Source: Candidatus Poribacteria bacterium
Lineage (GTDB): Bacteria; Poribacteria; WGA-4E; WGA-3G
DNA: 64,000 bases
Direction: 5' to 3'
Assembly (NCBI GenBank): GCA_965198235.1
Contig: OZ240248.1
Span: forward strand, 1,632,001 to 1,696,000
Below are positions 58,900-64,000 of the stretch, in pieces. The translations under genes were made by a program, and so were the position numbers. The notes under the pieces are model-generated. The model did not search any database. It worked only from the letters and a program-made list of their open reading frames with translations, and was not told where the DNA came from. Numbering within the stretch: position 1 is the stretch's first letter; each line of letters begins with the position of its first letter.

Positions 58900-59676
58900 C
58901 TAATCGCGATCCGCTTTAATGCTGCCCCACGTCGTCGCGAGTTTCTCCGCGGGTTCCACGGGCAGAAAATCGCCACTCATAATTTCGTCGATCTCTGCCT
59001 CGGTGATGATCCGGTTGAAGAGAAATACCTCGTCAATGATGCCTGTGAAAAATTCTTCGCCAGGGTGACGCGCACCAACCATAACGGAGCCATCAATTTC
59101 ATCAACAACTGGCGGTTTAGCTCCACCGCCGGCTTCTTTCCCATCATTATAGATGACCACTTTTGATTTCGTATCATGTGTGACTACCAAGTGCACCCAG
59201 TCATCGGGTTGAACGTCATCGGTGACGGCTTTTTGTGCCCAACCACCACCAGATGTAGACCAGAAATAGGTTTTACTGTCGCTATTTCTAAAAATTGATG
59301 CCCATTTCAAGGAGCCTGCTGTCACCATGTAATTCCACTCCCGAATTTGGGCATCGTCACGTTTAACCCAGAAAGCGATGGAGAACTGTTCTCTTAACTG
59401 TAAGGTGTCGTTTATAGGCACCATTACATGTTCTCCCTTGGTCCCATCAAACTCCAATGCTTTACCGAACTGTCCATCTACCCATGTGGGATTTTGGACA
59501 AATTCACCATCATGACCATGGACAGAACCATCTGCAACCTTCCCTCCCTTTCCTTCATCAAAGGAGAGGTATAAAACGAGGGATTTGTCATCTAACCCTG
59601 CCTGTAAAGGTGTCGTCAAGGTGAACAGTACGCATGCTACGACGAGTCCACCTATAAATTTTTCAAATTTGTGCAC
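58900..59676 (-). CDS. Secreted LamG-like jellyroll protein with conserved C-terminal tail
   Basis: GTG after AGGAGG; LYLSFDEG, WVDGQFGKALEFDG, IDEV, PVEPAEKLATTWGSIK. Confidence 0.85.
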   Translation of the reverse strand: MHKFEKFIGGLVVACVLFTLTTPLQAGLDDKSLVLYLSFDEGKGGKVADGSVHGHDGEFVQNPTWVDGQFGKALEFDGTKGEHVMVPINDTLQLREQFSIAFWVKRDDAQIREWNYMVTAGSLKWASIFRNSDSKTYFWSTSGGGWAQKAVTDDVQPDDWVHLVVTHDTKSKVVIYNDGKEAGGGAKPPVVDEIDGSVMVGARHPGEEFFTGIIDEVFLFNRIITEAEIDEIMSGDFLPVEPAEKLATTWGSIKADRD

Positions 59677-59810
59677 AGTGAATTCCTCCTTCCAATCATA
59701 CGAAATACGGTAAGATTTGCCCAAACGGCAAATTGGATATTAAGAGAGAAATCTGATTTAAACTTGGACGACCGAGTGATTATTCGACTGGTGTTAGGTG
59801 AGATAAAAAG

Positions 59811-61535
59811 TTAGCAGGCACCACACTTCTTACAAACAGTCGTATCGCATTCACTGGTCGTAAAACCTTTTTTGTGCTTGTGGAACTCAAGTTGTAGGAA
59901 TTGCGGTTTAACGTTAAGGTCAAGATGGTCCCACGGATTGCTCTCATGCAGGGGGCGTTGACGGGTTGCATAAAAATGTGGGACTAATTCATGCTTGCGG
60001 AAGGCTTGGTTCCATGGTACCCCGTGTGCAAGCTCAAGGATGACTTTCCCAAGTCGCCGGTCGCCACGTGCGAAGACGGCTTCTTGGTGTGCGAGTCTTG
60101 CACTGGCAGAGCCAACTTTTATGCTACCAAGCTGGTTAATTTCGCGCTTCAGAAAATCAAGTTTTCGGGAGATGGTTTTCGGGGGTTCCATCGCTACCCA
60201 TTGAAAAGGCGTATGTGGTTTTGGGACCATGGGTGAAATCGTAAAGTTGATACGGGCGATTTTTCCTGTTCGCTTCGCATGGGGGAGAAGTATGGTTCGC
60301 ATCTCCTTTGCCATATCAACAATGGCTTCTACATCCGCTGGTGTTTCATGTGGGACCCCGATGAGGAAGTATAGACGAAGGTTGAGAATGTCGCGTTTCA
60401 ATGCTTCCTCAAAAACATAATAGAGGCGTTCACGTGGAATAGCTTTATTGACAACTTTTTGGAGTTTTTCGGTCGCAACTTCTGGGGCAATTGTGATAGT
60501 CCCTTGTTCGCTGTCTGCGAGTGCGTCAAGCAGCGGGGTGCGAACAGTTTCAGCGCGGAGTGAGGCACAAGAGATGCGAAATCCACGTTCGACGAGACCT
60601 GTAGCAATCTCGTCGATTTGGGGATGGTCAGAGATAGAGGCACCGACAAGTCCGATTCTGTCTGTAATGCCGCGTGCGCGTTCCGCAAGTGCGAGTGTAT
60701 TCTCTACAGAACGATGTCTCGGCCATCGGCGTGCATAGTCTGCGACACAGAACCGGCACTGCCTACCACACCCGCGCACGATTTCAATGAGATGAGCGTT
60801 TGCGAATTCGGTATTGGGTGTGTGGATGTGCGTACAAGTTTCGACATCGTCAAGTTTTGGGACGGCTCCTGCATGGATCCGAGGCGATATGCCAGGCTTT
60901 GGAGAGACAGTATCAATGGTGCCATCATCGCGATAAGTTACGTCGTAGAAATGTGGCACGTAAAGCCCTGGAACAGTCGCGAGCGTTTCAAGCAATTCAC
61001 TCTTCGGTGCGCCGGATCTTTTCCATTCGTTGAAATGTGCCATGAGTTGATGGATGACAAGTTCGGCTTCTCCGACGACAAAAACATCAACAAAGTCAGC
61101 AATAGGTTCTGGATTGTAAGATATATTAATCCCACCTGCAATAACAAGTGGGTCCCATTCCGTACGTGCCTCAGCAAGCGGTGGGATGTTCGCCAACTCT
61201 AACGTTCGAGGAATGTTCACATAATCTGATTCGAAGGAGACTGAAAATCCGATGATGTCAAATTGGTTCAAGGCAGTCTGCGTCTCAAACGAGAAAAGAG
61301 CCTTTTTCTGGGAGGCAAGTTTCCGAAGATAGTCAGGCTCAGGAATAAAAACACGTTCGCAGGCGGTGTCCGCTCGACTGTTGAGGATTGCGTACATAAC
61401 TTGAACGCCAAGACTTGACATACCGAGCGCATACGTGCTCGGATAGACGAGCGCGAATTTGTTAGGTTTTCTGAAATTATTATGTGCGCCGTGTTCCTCA
61501 CTGCGCAAATGTTGGTAATGCTGATGTAGGTTCAC
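59811..61535 (-). CDS. B12-binding-type radical SAM protein (TIGR03960-like)
   Basis: YPSTY..GMSSLG, RGCGRQCRFC (CxxxCxxC), PKPHTPFQW. Confidence 0.88.
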   Translation of the reverse strand: MNLHQHYQHLRSEEHGAHNNFRKPNKFALVYPSTYALGMSSLGVQVMYAILNSRADTACERVFIPEPDYLRKLASQKKALFSFETQTALNQFDIIGFSVSFESDYVNIPRTLELANIPPLAEARTEWDPLVIAGGINISYNPEPIADFVDVFVVGEAELVIHQLMAHFNEWKRSGAPKSELLETLATVPGLYVPHFYDVTYRDDGTIDTVSPKPGISPRIHAGAVPKLDDVETCTHIHTPNTEFANAHLIEIVRGCGRQCRFCVADYARRWPRHRSVENTLALAERARGITDRIGLVGASISDHPQIDEIATGLVERGFRISCASLRAETVRTPLLDALADSEQGTITIAPEVATEKLQKVVNKAIPRERLYYVFEEALKRDILNLRLYFLIGVPHETPADVEAIVDMAKEMRTILLPHAKRTGKIARINFTISPMVPKPHTPFQWVAMEPPKTISRKLDFLKREINQLGSIKVGSASARLAHQEAVFARGDRRLGKVILELAHGVPWNQAFRKHELVPHFYATRQRPLHESNPWDHLDLNVKPQFLQLEFHKHKKGFTTSECDTTVCKKCGAC

Positions 61536-61552
61536 TGTTTGCCTCAGGTTTT

Positions 61553-61580
61553 GTAGGAGGGGTTTTTAACCCCGATTCCT
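61553..61580. repeat. GTAG-type REP-like hairpin
   Basis: GTAGGAGGGGTTTTTAACCCCGATTCCT. Confidence 0.5.
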
Positions 61581-61773
61581 TTACTTGGAATGTGCCCGTA
61601 AGCAAAGGTCCGCGCTAAAAAGTGTATTTGCAGGCGAAAAATGAAAAAGCGATGCACGCCGCACTATGTTATCGAAACACGGTGCGGCGTTAGTTCTTAA
61701 GGAATCTCAATCAGGAAATCGGGAACTACACTCAAACAATCAGAAGCGATAGGAGTCGGTATAGAGGTAGTTC

Positions 61774-63075
61774 CTATTTATCGTTTCCACGTCTTTTTTG
61801 AACGCGCAGAAAAGCGGGAATTTCCCAATCTGTTTCACGCTGCTGCGAGCCTTGGTCTCTCCCTCGGGCAGGTTTCTGCGGGTTGCTTTGGGGTACATTC
61901 TCCTCCTCTGTAGATGGTTCGGCGTTTGCCCTTTGCCCACGACCCGGAATCCTGGATCTGTCGGATGGCGTTCTGGCGACACTCTGTCTCACCCTGCTTG
62001 GACTTGGTACACGCTGTTCGGGAAGTGCCGGTGTTTGCCTTTGATAGGTATCTGCGTCATCATATCGTGCGGCTGTATTTCTGTCATCGATTTCGTGGAC
62101 TTCCTCTTCAACAGTATCAAATCCTGTTGCAATGACGGTTACAAGGACTTCATCTTCAAGTTCCAATTCACCTTTGTAAACAAGTCCAAAAATAATTTGT
62201 GCCTCGGGGGCGGTATCCTGAATGACACCCATAGCGTCATCGAGTTCGTGCATCATGAAATCGGGCGGTGCGGTAATGTTCACAATCATACCGACGGCTC
62301 CGGCAATATTAGTTTGCTCAAGGAGGGGTGAGCTGATCGCTTGTTCTGCGGCGATTTGAGCGCGGTTGTCTCCTGTAGCATGCCCCATGCCCATCAATGC
62401 ACTTCCTGCATTTCGCATGATGGATTCAACATCAGCAAAGTCAACGTTGATTTCACCGGATTCAGTGACGATGTCGGATATGCTTTTAACACCATGTAAG
62501 AGAATCTGATCTCCCATACGAAATGCTTCCCGGATAGGAAGTTTCCTGTCCATGGTGTCGATGAGACGCTGGTTTGGTACAACAATTACGGAATCAGCAG
62601 CTGCTCGGAGTTCCTCAAGTCCTGCTTCGGCGGCGGCTGCGCGACGTTGTCCCTCAAAGTTGAAAGGACGTGTCACGACCCCGATGGTAAGTGCGCCACG
62701 CTCTTTTGCTTGTGTAGCGATGAGTGGTGCCGCGCCGGTGCCAGTTCCACCCCCCATACCTGCGGTGATGAAGACCATATTTGCGTTTTCTACGATAGTT
62801 TGAAGATGTTCTCTGTCTTCTTCAGCAGCTTTTCTGCCAATATCGGGGTTTGCACCGGAGCCTAAGCCCTCGGTGGTGTTGACACCAATCTGGATTTGGG
62901 TAGCACCGCGGCAGGTCACCAGTGCTTGTTGGTCAGTATTGACGGCATAAAATTCTATGCCGGTAAGTCCTGCTTCAATCATACGTTTGACAGCGTTTCC
63001 ACCTGCTCCACCGATCCCAATAACTTTAATTTTCGCACGTAGACTTTCGAATTCTTCCTGTTCAAATTCTATCAT
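61774..63075 (-). CDS. ftsZ: Cell division protein FtsZ
   Basis: GIGGAGGNA, GMGGGTGTG, INVDFAD, C-terminal EIPAFLR. Confidence 0.98.
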   Translation of the reverse strand: MIEFEQEEFESLRAKIKVIGIGGAGGNAVKRMIEAGLTGIEFYAVNTDQQALVTCRGATQIQIGVNTTEGLGSGANPDIGRKAAEEDREHLQTIVENANMVFITAGMGGGTGTGAAPLIATQAKERGALTIGVVTRPFNFEGQRRAAAAEAGLEELRAAADSVIVVPNQRLIDTMDRKLPIREAFRMGDQILLHGVKSISDIVTESGEINVDFADVESIMRNAGSALMGMGHATGDNRAQIAAEQAISSPLLEQTNIAGAVGMIVNITAPPDFMMHELDDAMGVIQDTAPEAQIIFGLVYKGELELEDEVLVTVIATGFDTVEEEVHEIDDRNTAARYDDADTYQRQTPALPEQRVPSPSRVRQSVARTPSDRSRIPGRGQRANAEPSTEEENVPQSNPQKPARGRDQGSQQRETDWEIPAFLRVQKRRGNDK

Positions 63076-63193
63076 CTTAGATTTCAGTTACTATAACTAA
63101 AGACACAGCAACCTAATTCCTCCTATCATTATAGCCTCAATCTCCAGACCGAGGTTCTTTAATAACTTTCATGGATTCGCTTTTTCACATTAA

Positions 63194-63222
63194 ATTATAC
63201 GCTATTAGCAAAGTTAAGTCAA
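63194..63222 (-). promoter_or_regulatory. Sigma70 promoter between ftsA and ftsZ
   Basis: TTGACT-N17-TATAAT. Confidence 0.65.
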
Positions 63223-63280
63223 GCGTTGCGGCAAGTTTGGCATAAGTGGGGTTCGTCCTATTAAATAATGAGGAGGACGC

Positions 63281-64000
63281 TTAATATCCAAACCATTCTT
63301 TGATGCGTTGCAGGAGTGATCCAAAGGCGTTCCCTCCATGGCGTGCGTTGTGTTCGCGTTCTAACTGCCGCAAAGTCTCACCGTAAAGAGCGAGTCCGAT
63401 TCCTGTCGAGTACATTGGATGGTTCACTCGGTCGGTTAAGCCTTGTAAGCCACGCGGATATCCGATCTGGACGCGCAACTGGAGTATAGCTTCAGCGAGT
63501 TCTTGCAAACCGTCCATGAGTGCAGTACCCCCCGTGAGCACGAGTCCACCTGGAAGCGGAATATCACCTAATTCGTCACCGATTGCATCTAAGATTTCAG
63601 CCATACGGTACTCAATAATTTGGGCAAGTTCAATCCGGTCGATGAAACGCGGTGGCGTTGAATCACTCGCGACTGGAATAGATCTAACTTCATCGGGATC
63701 AACTAATTCTGTCCAAGCGCAGCCGCGATGAAGTTTAAGTTCCTCCGCTTCTGGAAGGGTGACTTTTAAGTATTGCGCAATGTCATTGGTAACGTGTTGT
63801 CCTCCAACAGGAATTACGGCTGTATGTTCGATAGAATCCTCTTTGTAAACAATAATTTCAGTTGTTCCATCACCGATGTCAACAAGTGCGATGCCGACTT
63901 CACGCTCATCCTTTGAGAGGGTAGCTTGTGTTGCTGCGAGCGGTGCAGCGACAAGCGTTTCAACTATAGGCACGCCTGCCTTTTCGATACTATTGAGCAA
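63281..64000 (-). CDS. ftsA: Cell division protein FtsA (5' end outside the window)
   Basis: VDIGDGTT, GGQHVTNDI, AEELK, VLTGG, YSTGIGL; upstream of ftsZ. Confidence 0.95.
   Translation of the reverse strand: MLNSIEKAGVPIVETLVAAPLAATQATLSKDEREVGIALVDIGDGTTEIIVYKEDSIEHTAVIPVGGQHVTNDIAQYLKVTLPEAEELKLHRGCAWTELVDPDEVRSIPVASDSTPPRFIDRIELAQIIEYRMAEILDAIGDELGDIPLPGGLVLTGGTALMDGLQELAEAILQLRVQIGYPRGLQGLTDRVNHPMYSTGIGLALYGETLRQLEREHNARHGGNAFGSLLQRIKEWFGY

Overview
A 64-kb bacterial chromosomal window with most genes on the minus strand. The gene repertoire and a recurrent C-terminal 'V(E/D)PxxKLxTxWxxxK' tail suggest Candidatus Poribacteria or a relative (inference, not verified). Housekeeping genes include rplY, tRNA-Gln, ispE, argD, an addA-like helicase, selA, comM, ftsZ and a partial ftsA, alongside many catabolic and secreted-protein genes. 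An accessory defence island at ~11.1-20.7 kb encodes an XRE-ImmA/IrrE peptidase, a DUF4411 PIN protein, a HEPN-DUF499 ATPase, an Rpn nuclease followed by an orphan C-terminal cassette, a DUF1156 methylase and a GIY-YIG nuclease. Main observations: (1) a dispersed ~100-nt element whose hairpin stem co-varies around a conserved 13-nt loop and whose tail ends in the ATG of five unrelated genes; (2) a 600-bp non-coding block of four different '2+1' inverted-repeat modules; (3) an Rpn gene with an internal SD+ATG followed by a second, divergent small C-terminal ORF; (4) a UGA-recoded ArsC-like selenoprotein missed by the ORF track; (5) a putative C-terminal sorting motif on secreted proteins; (6) MITEs with target-site duplications and repeats translated in frame. 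The 54.2-56.0 kb segment is garbled and is probably an assembly artefact. All calls come from reading the sequence by eye; no searches were run.
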